Source: a virus
Taxonomy: Duplodnaviria; Heunggongvirae; Uroviricota; Caudoviricetes
IMG/VR virus record: IMGVR_UViG_3300028534_000003
Span: 1-33,089 of that record
Reading direction: 5' to 3' (one strand)
DNA: 33,089 nucleotides
The notes beneath the pieces were generated by a model. It was given only the letters and a program-made list of their open reading frames with translations, was not told the origin of the DNA and did no database searches. Both the position numbers and the translations under genes were made by a program. Of the stretch, positions 24,744 through 33,089 are shown piece after piece; the stretch's first letter is position 1, and every line of letters begins with the position of its first letter.

Positions 24744-25904
24744 ATGGCTACAAATATTTACGGTGATGGTATTAACAGTACTATTGGAGAAAACACGATT
24801 AAACATTATTACGACAGGGCTGGTATTAAAGCAGCAACTGCTACTAATGTATATGGACAATGGGCTGATAGAAAATCAATGCCATTGAAGATGGGTAAGA
24901 CATTTAAGATTAGTAAATTCTTAAATATCTATGATAGAGACTTAGCAGATGCAGATTTCGCTACTAAGGGTTACTTAACAGCTAGAAATGTAACTGATGT
25001 TACTAATGGTATGCCAACATTAGCTGAAGGTGCTGGTGCAGTGAATAAACAATCAATCAAAAAAGTTACATTCGAGACTAGCTTTGCTAGATACGGTGAA
25101 ATGATTGATTACACTGATGAAGTTGAAATCTGGTCAGAAGATTCTGTACAAGTTAGATACAGAGAGCAATTAGGTGAGTTAGCAAACAGAAGAGTTGAAG
25201 ACTTAATTCAATTAGATATGTTAGGTACTGGTACAGTAATGTACTCAGGTGGAGCTACTAGTAATGCTACATTAGGTGCTGGATTAGCTGCTGATGGTTC
25301 AGAAGATGATGCATACAGAATTAGTTATGACTTAATCAGAAGAGCTTCTAAGAAGTTAGTTAGAAATAGAGCATCTAAGAATACTCAAATTGTTACTGGA
25401 TCAACTAAGATTGATACTAGAACAATTAATAAAGCGTTCTATGCAATTGTTGGCCCTGAAGTTAAGTTTGACTTAGAAGGATTAACTAGAGGTTCTGGTT
25501 CTGCTGAAGAGTTTGCATACATTCCAGCATACAAATATGCTGCTGCTGCTAACTTAGCTGAAGGTGAAGTTGGTGCTATGCATGATGTAAGATTCATTGA
25601 ATCAGAATCAGCTGTAGTATACGCTGGACAAGGTGCAGATATTCCTGTTGATTACGCTGGTACACTATCAAATGATGGTACTAAGTTCGATGTATTCCCT
25701 GTGTTGTTCCCAACTCAAGGTTCATTTGCAACTGTTGGGCTAAAAGGTCACAGCAAGATTAAGTTCAACTCTAAGTCTCCATCTAAAGTTGAATTAAGTA
25801 ACCCATACGGAACTCAAGGGTTCTTCAGTTACAACTTCTTCTACGCTGGTATCATTTTAGAGGAAGAAAAACTATTGAAGATTAATGTATTAGCAAGCGC
25901 ATAA
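24744..25904 (+). CDS. Major capsid protein (N4 gp56-like)
   Basis: 386 aa; HYYDRAG, MPLKMGKTFK, YAAAANLAEGEVGAM..VRFI, DVFPVL..GSFATVG and NPYGTQGFFS. Confidence 0.9.
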   Translation: MATNIYGDGINSTIGENTIKHYYDRAGIKAATATNVYGQWADRKSMPLKMGKTFKISKFLNIYDRDLADADFATKGYLTARNVTDVTNGMPTLAEGAGAVNKQSIKKVTFETSFARYGEMIDYTDEVEIWSEDSVQVRYREQLGELANRRVEDLIQLDMLGTGTVMYSGGATSNATLGAGLAADGSEDDAYRISYDLIRRASKKLVRNRASKNTQIVTGSTKIDTRTINKAFYAIVGPEVKFDLEGLTRGSGSAEEFAYIPAYKYAAAANLAEGEVGAMHDVRFIESESAVVYAGQGADIPVDYAGTLSNDGTKFDVFPVLFPTQGSFATVGLKGHSKIKFNSKSPSKVELSNPYGTQGFFSYNFFYAGIILEEEKLLKINVLASA

Positions 25905-25933
25905 GCCTGTATAACATATTTCAATAGATAGGT

Positions 25934-25953
25934 GCTGAGGGGAAACCCTCGGC
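25934..25953 (+). other. GC-rich hairpin after the capsid gene
   Basis: GCTGAGGG-GAAA-CCCTCGGC, with no U tract. Confidence 0.6.
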
Positions 25954-25994
25954 TAACATACCAAGATAAATTAAAGAACCGATAAGGAATTAAT

Positions 25995-26516
25995 ATGAGT
26001 GAAATTACAAAGAGCATGAACGAGTTAAAGGATGAAGCAACTAAATTAGGGTTAGACTTCACAGGAATCAAATCAAAGGTAGCACTTCAAGAGCTAATTG
26101 ATACATACTATAAGAGTCAAGCAGCTGATGACTTAGTGGAAGAGAAGCCAGAAGTTACTGAGGATATTGCAACAAGTCAGGCTCCAGCTCAAACTAGAGC
26201 AAAAGGTGTGCGAGGAATGGTTGCACAGTTAAAGAAAGAAGCACTAAAAACTAGAATAGTTAGAATTACTAACAATGATAAGAGAGATAACCATGTAACT
26301 ACTACATGCTATCTATGTTGTGAGAATCAGTACTGGGGTATCAGTAAGATAGTACCACTAGATGAGCCAGTAGAGTTAGAACAATGTCTGATTGATACAG
26401 CTAAAGGTGTAGAGGTTGTATTGCATGTTGATGAAATAGTTGATGGTAAAAGAACAGGTAATAAAGTACCAAAGTTAGTTAAGAAATACGTAATTAGCTA
26501 TGAAGATATAGACTAG
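25995..26516 (+). CDS. Head-module protein (N4 gp55-like position)
   Basis: N-terminal LKDEATKLGLDF...LQELI helical motif; KTRIVRITN.D. Confidence 0.55.
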   Translation: MSEITKSMNELKDEATKLGLDFTGIKSKVALQELIDTYYKSQAADDLVEEKPEVTEDIATSQAPAQTRAKGVRGMVAQLKKEALKTRIVRITNNDKRDNHVTTTCYLCCENQYWGISKIVPLDEPVELEQCLIDTAKGVEVVLHVDEIVDGKRTGNKVPKLVKKYVISYEDID

Positions 26517-26566
26517 TGTTTATAGTGGGCCAATAATGGCCTACTATTAAGTACTAAGGAGTATAT

Positions 26567-27292
26567 ATGGCAAATACAATTAATATAAGTGATATTACTA
26601 GTAATGTTCAAGTTACAACAGATAATGATGGATTACAAGTAGTTACAGGTGATGGATACTTCGATGATATAATGGAAACACTGAATGTACACTTGAAGAG
26701 TCAATTCGATAATGGCTACATCAAAGGCGCTGAATATGCTCAAGTATACATGACACTATTCCAAAATGCAATGAATCAAGCAATGCAATTCACACTACAG
26801 AAACGAATTAATGAGCTACAAGCTGATGGTTTGGAGAAAGATGTACTAATCAGAGACAAGCAATTAGAGAAGCTAGATGAAGAAATAGACTTATTACAAA
26901 CTCAAGATAGTGAGTTACTAGCAAATGGATTAAAAGCTAGAGAGCTAAAAGATGAGCAAATAGCTAGTGCACATGAAGACGTACTCAAGAAGGTAGAAGA
27001 TAACTCAGTAGCTACTGCACTGCATGATACTAAAGTTAGTCAAGGTGAACAACAGTTATTAAAGCTACAAGCAGATACTAGTTATGTAGCAGAACAAGAA
27101 GTTCAACTGATTAACAGTGTAAACTATAATAATAAAATTAAAGCAATAGACTCACTAAGTGATACATACGGTGTATTCGGTGGTGGTGGGCTTACAGTAT
27201 CAAGTGATATGTGGGCTACATACTTCGGACTAATTAATGACTTAGCAGATGGTGCAATACCAACAAGTACAACAGTAACTAAGGTTACATAA
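26567..27292 (+). CDS. Structural protein (N4 gp54-like position)
   Basis: GDGYFDDIM...HLKSQFD.G.IKGAEYAQVY motif; SD AGGAG. Confidence 0.6.
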   Translation: MANTINISDITSNVQVTTDNDGLQVVTGDGYFDDIMETLNVHLKSQFDNGYIKGAEYAQVYMTLFQNAMNQAMQFTLQKRINELQADGLEKDVLIRDKQLEKLDEEIDLLQTQDSELLANGLKARELKDEQIASAHEDVLKKVEDNSVATALHDTKVSQGEQQLLKLQADTSYVAEQEVQLINSVNYNNKIKAIDSLSDTYGVFGGGGLTVSSDMWATYFGLINDLADGAIPTSTTVTKVT

Positions 27293-27795
27293 TGGGTAGA
27301 GATAGAGGTAAAACACTAGCTAAAGCTGCATTCGCTAAGGCTAATGTTGCTACTGTATTCATAGAAGGTGATTACGAGGACGATAGACAGAAGTTCAGTG
27401 CATTAGTACAGGATATGTCAATAGAATTTGACAGTAATAATAATATTAGTTCCAATGGAATAAAGGACACTGTAGATGGTCATATAGCAAACACTAGTAA
27501 CCCACATGGAGTTGATAAAACAGATGTAGGATTAGGCAGTGTAGATAATAAGTCATACGCTACAATAGAGAGTGACGTGCTAGCTGCTGCAAGTAAATCA
27601 GATGTAGGACTAGATAATGTACCAAATGTAGACTGCACAAACGCTAGTAACATAAGTAGTGGAACACTGCCTAATGATAGACTAAGTGGCTATAGTGGCA
27701 CAATCACTGTAATAACTAGTGTAGACTTCGCAAATGAAACTACAACTGATGTAACAATTACAGTTGATAATGGGTTAATTACTGGTGTAAGCTAA
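27292..27795 (+). CDS. Short fibre-like structural protein
   Basis: HIANTSNPHGVDKTDVGLGSVDN and SDVGLDNVPN fibre repeats. Confidence 0.55.
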   Translation: MGRDRGKTLAKAAFAKANVATVFIEGDYEDDRQKFSALVQDMSIEFDSNNNISSNGIKDTVDGHIANTSNPHGVDKTDVGLGSVDNKSYATIESDVLAAASKSDVGLDNVPNVDCTNASNISSGTLPNDRLSGYSGTITVITSVDFANETTTDVTITVDNGLITGVS

Positions 27796-29069
27796 TGGCT
27801 GATATATACACAACTACAGCTGCTATCGCTGATTCAAGTAGTGATGATACTAGCACTATAGTAAGCTACTCATACTTATCAGATGTAGTAAACTACAAAG
27901 ACATCAATGAACATATGCCAGGTGGGTTATTTGGTATAAACGGTAAGCTACCAGGTAATGTGCTATGGGATGCTACAAATACACCAAAGATGGAGCCAAT
28001 AGTTGCACAAGGTAACACTGGAATAAGTGCTATGCTAAATGGTGAGATACTGACATACTTACAATACGGATTCAATGATATAATGTCACTAGTGAATGGT
28101 GGTAAATTAGATTTAATGTTTGATGATGATATGCTAAATACAATTATGTACAATATAACAATAGAAGTAATAACTCCAGATGGTGGTATAATAACTCTAT
28201 TTGATAATGATGTTACAATAGATAAAGATCATGATGGTGGTCATACAACAGCTACTGGATTCACAAGTAGTAATGAATCAATGTCATTGGATGATATAGC
28301 ATCTGCTACTAGTATGAGCTACTCAACAACTGAAAACATTGTTGGTATGCTAGGTAGGCTATCTGGCATACCACTGGGTAGCAGTATAGCAGTGGCGTTA
28401 TATGATTATGCTACAGGTGAAGAAGTAAGGGCTGAGCAAGTAATAGCAAATGGATTACTATCAACAGTACAGAATACAATGACTAAAGTAACAACACAAG
28501 CCATAGCTAATATGGCTGAAATTACTAGCACTACAGGTGCAATAGCACTTACATTAGCTGTAGGTGTGTTAGTGAATGAAGCAATGGAAGTTGCACTAGG
28601 ATTGGATAATCACTTCGGATTAGGTGGTGATATAATGACACTAGGCACAGGAGAGATTAAGTACAATGATGCCGGTGAAGCGCAATACGAAAGTGTGTAC
28701 ACAATAGAGACAGCATTAAAGACTAGTGTTGTAGGGCAGTTACTACATGATTACGATATAATAGATTACAGTGAAGCTGAGCAGGATAGAATGAATGAAC
28801 TAGCTGGATATACAAGTGATGATATGCAAGCAGCAATGGATCAATCAGCTGTAAGTGCTGAAGTAGATAACCCAGAGTGGAGTGCTATAGACTTTGCAAA
28901 TAGTACAGGAGATGGTGGATCAACGTTAGGTGGATTCACAGATGTAAATGGTACTAGTGTGTCAGTTGATATTAGCACAGCCACTGCCCTCGATAACGCA
29001 CTGTTTGGTGGTGTTAGCGGTACAGATGACTGGGGTGATAATAGTGATAGTGGTACTTGGGGTGGTTAA
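27795..29069 (+). CDS. Acidic virion protein (possible ejection protein)
   Basis: 424 aa, one hydrophobic stretch GAIALTLAVGVLV, Gly/Asp-rich tail. Confidence 0.5.
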   Translation: MADIYTTTAAIADSSSDDTSTIVSYSYLSDVVNYKDINEHMPGGLFGINGKLPGNVLWDATNTPKMEPIVAQGNTGISAMLNGEILTYLQYGFNDIMSLVNGGKLDLMFDDDMLNTIMYNITIEVITPDGGIITLFDNDVTIDKDHDGGHTTATGFTSSNESMSLDDIASATSMSYSTTENIVGMLGRLSGIPLGSSIAVALYDYATGEEVRAEQVIANGLLSTVQNTMTKVTTQAIANMAEITSTTGAIALTLAVGVLVNEAMEVALGLDNHFGLGGDIMTLGTGEIKYNDAGEAQYESVYTIETALKTSVVGQLLHDYDIIDYSEAEQDRMNELAGYTSDDMQAAMDQSAVSAEVDNPEWSAIDFANSTGDGGSTLGGFTDVNGTSVSVDISTATALDNALFGGVSGTDDWGDNSDSGTWGG

Positions 29070-29098
29070 GACTAGCCAAAGTAAGTGTGTAGTATAAT
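29066..29098 (+). promoter_or_regulatory. Promoter for the ejection-type genes
   Basis: TTAAG-actagc-CAAAG-taagtgtgtag-TATAAT. Confidence 0.65.
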
Positions 29099-29126
29099 AA
29101 AGCAAATAAGTAAATAAAGGATTAAT

Positions 29127-29606
29127 ATGAGTTGGTTAGGAGATTTAGGTGGTAGCTTAGCAAATTGGTTTACAGGCTCTACAGCTAGTAATAGCAATAG
29201 TAATATAATGAGTGCAGTGAATAATGGAGCTAGTGCAGACACTGTAGCAAGTATGGGTAAAATGTACACAGATAGAGGTGATTATGATACATTCAGTAGC
29301 TTAGGTAATATGCTAGGTGGACTAGGTGATTCAACAAGCAGCTTAGCAGGATATATCAAGCCAGCAGCTAGTATGTATGACATGTATAGTCAGTATAACA
29401 CCAATAAAACACTAGAGGACTACTACAAGACACAAACAGCAATAGCTCAACAAAACGCTGCTAACAGTAATACATTGTTCAATAAACAGTTGGAAGATCA
29501 GGCTACTGCACAAGCAGCAATGACGGATGGGTATGCGGCTAGTGGATTAGCTGGATTAGATCCTACTAAAGACAGACAATATGTTTCATACACAATGCCA
29601 AGTTAA
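29127..29606 (+). CDS. Probable internal virion / ejection protein
   Basis: 159 aa, Gly/Ser/Ala-rich N-terminus and Gln/Ala helical C-terminus. Confidence 0.55.
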   Translation: MSWLGDLGGSLANWFTGSTASNSNSNIMSAVNNGASADTVASMGKMYTDRGDYDTFSSLGNMLGGLGDSTSSLAGYIKPAASMYDMYSQYNTNKTLEDYYKTQTAIAQQNAANSNTLFNKQLEDQATAQAAMTDGYAASGLAGLDPTKDRQYVSYTMPS

Positions 29607-29618
29607 TAAGGATTAGAT

Positions 29619-31145
29619 ATGGGATTCTACATAAAAGACAGTGCTAGTGCATACTCAAAAGCTGCAGTAGACTCGATGAACTCAGCACTGAAAGCTATGG
29701 ATAAGATGACTAATCCAGGTGCTCAGATACTGAAGTACTACGAGAATCAAGATAAGAAAGCTAGAGAAGATGAGCTAAGACGAAGAAATGATCAGTTATG
29801 GCAACAACAACAAGATGAGTATCAGTACAAACTAAAAGAGCGTGAAGATGCTAAATTAGCAGACTACAAGAATAAAGCGGCAATGGTGAATCAAGCAATT
29901 GCAGGTAGTCAATGGGATACTGTTGATAGAGATGCAATGTACAAGAAGATGATGGCTGATGGTGTAGTTGATGAAGCTGAAGGTAGACAATTACTAGAGA
30001 GATACCAACAAACAGTTAATGGATTAGATGAAGCTGGTACAAGTACAATCAAGAATTACATAACAATGAAAGATAAAGCTGTACGAGACGCACAGACAAG
30101 AGCTGATAGTAATGCAACACAAAACATGGCACTAGGTAGAGGTGGTAATGCTGATATCAAGTTAGGACAGTTCGATACAGTTGTACACGGCAATGCTGAT
30201 GCAATGGCAGTCAATAAGTACAGAGCTAACATGGCAGCTAACAATGCGTCAATAGAGGCTAGTAGGTACAGGCTAAATAAGATGAAGCAAGATGATGTAG
30301 TTAAGGAAGAATTAGCTAAATCAATGATGGTAGATGGTAAGATAACAATACCAGCAATGAATAACGCAGATGTTATGACTAAAGTAGTTGAGCACAATGA
30401 TAAGATTAATGAGAAGAAAGCTCCACTACTACGAAAGAAAGAAGACATAGAGGCAGAGTTACAGCAATTAAATAGAAGCTTGGTTAATAGCATAAAAACT
30501 GGTAATAATACAGTTGATATAGTGCCACTTAGGGAACACATGAGAAAGTTAAGTAATGAGTTAAATAATATTAACACAGAGCTAGGTAAAAAAGATTACC
30601 AGTTAAAGCCACTACCAGACTATGTGTATACACCAGAGCACAAAGGTAAGGACAAGACTAGTACAATGATAGCTAATGAACAGATTAACAACATCAAAGA
30701 AGCTGTCAACAGTGGTAGGTTACCATATAGTGACGGAGTGATTGCAATCAATAAACTACGATCACAGAATACACCATCAGTTGAGGATGCATACAAGATT
30801 GCTCAGACTAAGAAAATATTAGCTGAAACTAAGAAGATAACTAATGAAGCTAACAGCAAAGGGTCTGGTAAGACAAATACAAAAATAGCTGACGTGCTAA
30901 GTGGAGTAGAAGATAACAATCCACTAACCGATCCATGGGATAACTGGTTCACAGAAGACAAGAAGGAATTCATGGATGACTTACCAGCACTGAAAAAAGT
31001 ATACACTGATGATCAGATAGCTGCTGCAATGAAAGCTACATTGAATGGTAAAGCATTAGGTACAGTAGATTCAATAAAGAAAGCACTGAAAAGCTTATAC
31101 CCATACATGACACAAAAGAAGCACAAGCCAGGTACGGCTAGATAG
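29619..31145 (+). CDS. Probable internal virion / ejection protein
   Basis: 508 aa, helical and charged; sits before the giant gene as N4 gp51 does. Confidence 0.5.
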   Translation: MGFYIKDSASAYSKAAVDSMNSALKAMDKMTNPGAQILKYYENQDKKAREDELRRRNDQLWQQQQDEYQYKLKEREDAKLADYKNKAAMVNQAIAGSQWDTVDRDAMYKKMMADGVVDEAEGRQLLERYQQTVNGLDEAGTSTIKNYITMKDKAVRDAQTRADSNATQNMALGRGGNADIKLGQFDTVVHGNADAMAVNKYRANMAANNASIEASRYRLNKMKQDDVVKEELAKSMMVDGKITIPAMNNADVMTKVVEHNDKINEKKAPLLRKKEDIEAELQQLNRSLVNSIKTGNNTVDIVPLREHMRKLSNELNNINTELGKKDYQLKPLPDYVYTPEHKGKDKTSTMIANEQINNIKEAVNSGRLPYSDGVIAINKLRSQNTPSVEDAYKIAQTKKILAETKKITNEANSKGSGKTNTKIADVLSGVEDNNPLTDPWDNWFTEDKKEFMDDLPALKKVYTDDQIAAAMKATLNGKALGTVDSIKKALKSLYPYMTQKKHKPGTAR

Positions 31146-31178
31146 CTAAGCATACATTAATTGTAACTTCGGTACTAT
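31146..31178 (+). promoter_or_regulatory. Promoter embedded in an RBS-occluding hairpin
   Basis: CTAAG-cataca-TTAAT-tgtaacttcgg-TACTAT; inverted repeat 31167-31177/31190-31200. Confidence 0.5.
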
Positions 31179-31209
31179 ATACTATAAAATAGTATCGAAG
31201 GATTACATG

Positions 31210-33089
31210 ATGACTAACAAAGAAATGGACTCACTGATAGGTTACAGTCCACTACAATTACAATCAACAAAACAAGACAAGATAGATAGACTGCTTGGAG
31301 CATCGCAAGATAAATTGAATAAATTAGTGCCACAGGACGAGCTACTAACAATAGAATCAGTAACTGATATGGATAGCTTCAGAATGGTTGGTGAAGATAA
31401 AGAAACTAGGATTAATGGACTAGATGCATACGAAGTGTATCATAACGATCCAACTAGTGAGAAATACTTCAATAGCAAAGCCGGTAAAGAAAAGATGTAC
31501 AGACAGAAGCAACACTACGCTGATAAACATGGACTAGATGTTAGTCAAGTTAGTGATGGTGATATACACAAAGAAGGTGCAAGACAAACACTGCAAGCAC
31601 TATACGAACTATACAAAGCAGAAGATCCAACACTAGAAGAATGGACACCAGGACCAACAGACTACTACGCAGATCATAAGTTAGAGTTGGGAAGTAAAGA
31701 GAATCCACTAGGGATTAAAGTGATTGGTAAGAACTATGGCGAAGGTTACTTCGGTAGGCCACTAAGAGATGTATACAATAAAGTTGGTACAGATGACTTA
31801 CTAGCAGGGCTCAAGAACAAGCAACAAGACACAAACTATGGAGCTGATTACGATAAAGGAATAGAAGCTGAGCACATGCGAGATAAACCATCATATGGTG
31901 AATACGTACTAGGAATGGACTCAGCTGATGGATCGGATAGAAGTGTGGTTGACCAGATTGGAAGTGGACTCCAAGCAGTTGGACAAGGGTTCCTAAAGAC
32001 TGGAGTAGTAGACACACTAGACTGGGCTGGTGAAGCACTAGACATAGGCGACCTAGGTACAGAGCAAGAGAAAGAGGACATGGTAGCTAAGGTAACAGGC
32101 TACAATGATAAGTACACTAAGAAGTACATGGAAGCTAATAATAAGATACTACAGAAGAATAATCACGAAATAGCTAAGAAAGACATGGGATGGTTCGATG
32201 AATCAGTTGAGAAGTTCAGTGGCGAAGACGGAGTGATGACTCAGATCAATAGGATGGTAAGCAACATGGATGGTAAAGACTTCGGTGAGTTCATGGGCAA
32301 TGCATTCGCAAACACAGACATGACAGGCTACAGTGTCGGTATGCTGGTAGGAATGATGGCAGGTACAAAAGGACTAGGACTAGGTAAAGTTGGAATAAAA
32401 GCTGGTACAACAGCTAAAGACGCAATACAGATAGTTAAGCAGACAATGCCAAAAGGTAGTCCAGCTAGATACAGGGCAATAGCAGAAATTAACAAAGAAG
32501 CATATGAGAATGCTAGTGGACTACAAAAAGCAGTTAACCAAATTGGTAAGAACAGTGGATTGCTAGCAGTGAATGCAGGACAAGTTAATGACCAACTAGA
32601 TGAGTTCGAGAAGAATACTGGTAGACCAGCAACAGCAGAAGAGAAGGTGTACAAGTACTTCACTAACCTAGCAGGACTATACATAGACAGATTAGTAGAT
32701 ACAAAGGTTATTGGTGGTAAGATTAATACTAGTGCAGTTAAGAAAGCACTGAAGCCAGTTGAAGAGATAATAGACAAGCTACCATACAAAGAAACTGTAG
32801 ACTTAGTTAAGAAGTTAGGTACAAGAGGATTAAGAGTAACAGCTGGTGGTGCAATTGAAGTACCAACTGAGGGTGCTCAAACTGCAATAGAAGAGTTCAA
32901 CAAAGTTGATTACAGTACAGAACAAGGTAAGAAACAATTCCAAGATAAAGCAGTTGACATAGCTAATGCAGCTGGTAGTGCAATTGGAATGACAGCTCAT
33001 ATGGCAGGACCAAAAGAGGTAACAGGAGCAGTTAGTGACACCGCTAAGGCAGTTGAGAATGGACTAAACAATGAAGTTGATAGACGAGC
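31210..33089 (+). CDS. Very large virion protein, 5' part (3' truncated by the window), with N-terminal SNase-like domain
   Basis: Translated by hand: open for more than 620 codons (MTNKEMDSLIG...NEVDRR) with no stop. SD AAGGA at 31198-31202; alternative ATG at 31207. Absent from the ORF track. Occupies the slot of the N4 virion RNA polymerase, but no polymerase motif is visible in this part. Confidence 0.8.
   Translation, partial: MTNKEMDSLIGYSPLQLQSTKQDKIDRLLGASQDKLNKLVPQDELLTIESVTDMDSFRMVGEDKETRINGLDAYEVYHNDPTSEKYFNSKAGKEKMYRQKQHYADKHGLDVSQVSDGDIHKEGARQTLQALYELYKAEDPTLEEWTPGPTDYYADHKLELGSKENPLGIKVIGKNYGEGYFGRPLRDVYNKVGTDDLLAGLKNKQQDTNYGADYDKGIEAEHMRDKPSYGEYVLGMDSADGSDRSVVDQIGSGLQAVGQGFLKTGVVDTLDWAGEALDIGDLGTEQEKEDMVAKVTGYNDKYTKKYMEANNKILQKNNHEIAKKDMGWFDESVEKFSGEDGVMTQINRMVSNMDGKDFGEFMGNAFANTDMTGYSVGMLVGMMAGTKGLGLGKVGIKAGTTAKDAIQIVKQTMPKGSPARYRAIAEINKEAYENASGLQKAVNQIGKNSGLLAVNAGQVNDQLDEFEKNTGRPATAEEKVYKYFTNLAGLYIDRLVDTKVIGGKINTSAVKKALKPVEEIIDKLPYKETVDLVKKLGTRGLRVTAGGAIEVPTEGAQTAIEEFNKVDYSTEQGKKQFQDKAVDIANAAGSAIGMTAHMAGPKEVTGAVSDTAKAVENGLNNEVDRR

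Noticed and set aside
304-32789. Minus-strand ORFs in the track (e.g. 7773-8852, 30056-30577, 23526-23954) and + strand out-of-frame ORF 1062-1262
   Set aside because: They are shadows of well-supported + strand genes, with Ser/Leu/Ile-rich antisense composition, no RBS and no motifs.
31210-33089. Calling the last ORF a virion RNA polymerase
   Set aside because: Only its position supports this; no polymerase motifs are present in the visible 620+ aa.
1-33089. Stop-codon reassignment, integrase, rRNA or group I/II introns
   Set aside because: Genes are full length under the standard code, with TAA, TAG and TGA all used as stops, and none of these elements is recognisable.

Overview
A 33 kb segment of a tailed dsDNA phage genome with every credible gene on the + strand. 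Gene order resembles the late region of N4-like (Schitoviridae-type) podoviruses. From left to right: accessory genes (ParB-like, T5orf172/GIY-YIG-like, ClpP-like, PIN-PhoH); two micro-ORFs; six tRNAs; terminase small and large subunits; tail fibre and chaperone; lysis cassette; a second tail/adhesin module; portal carrying a 364-aa intein; scaffold, major capsid and head genes; ejection-type proteins; and the 5' 1.9 kb of a very large virion protein that runs off the window. A repeated promoter (TAAG-N6-TAAG-N11-TATAAT-like) suggests a Campylobacterota host (inference). Top finding: a candidate ribosome-mediated attenuator in front of the tRNA cluster. Its 28-aa leader contains the run N-Q-W-H-P-H-S, exactly the six amino acids of the six downstream tRNAs, and protector, antiterminator and terminator pairings are visible. 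Other highlights are a Met-start class 3 intein in the portal, a TM-Cache-like-TM protein in the lysis cassette, an SNase-like domain at the start of the giant virion protein, and an abrupt strand-composition step at a GC-rich hairpin near 800. All family assignments come from motif recognition by eye; no searches were run.
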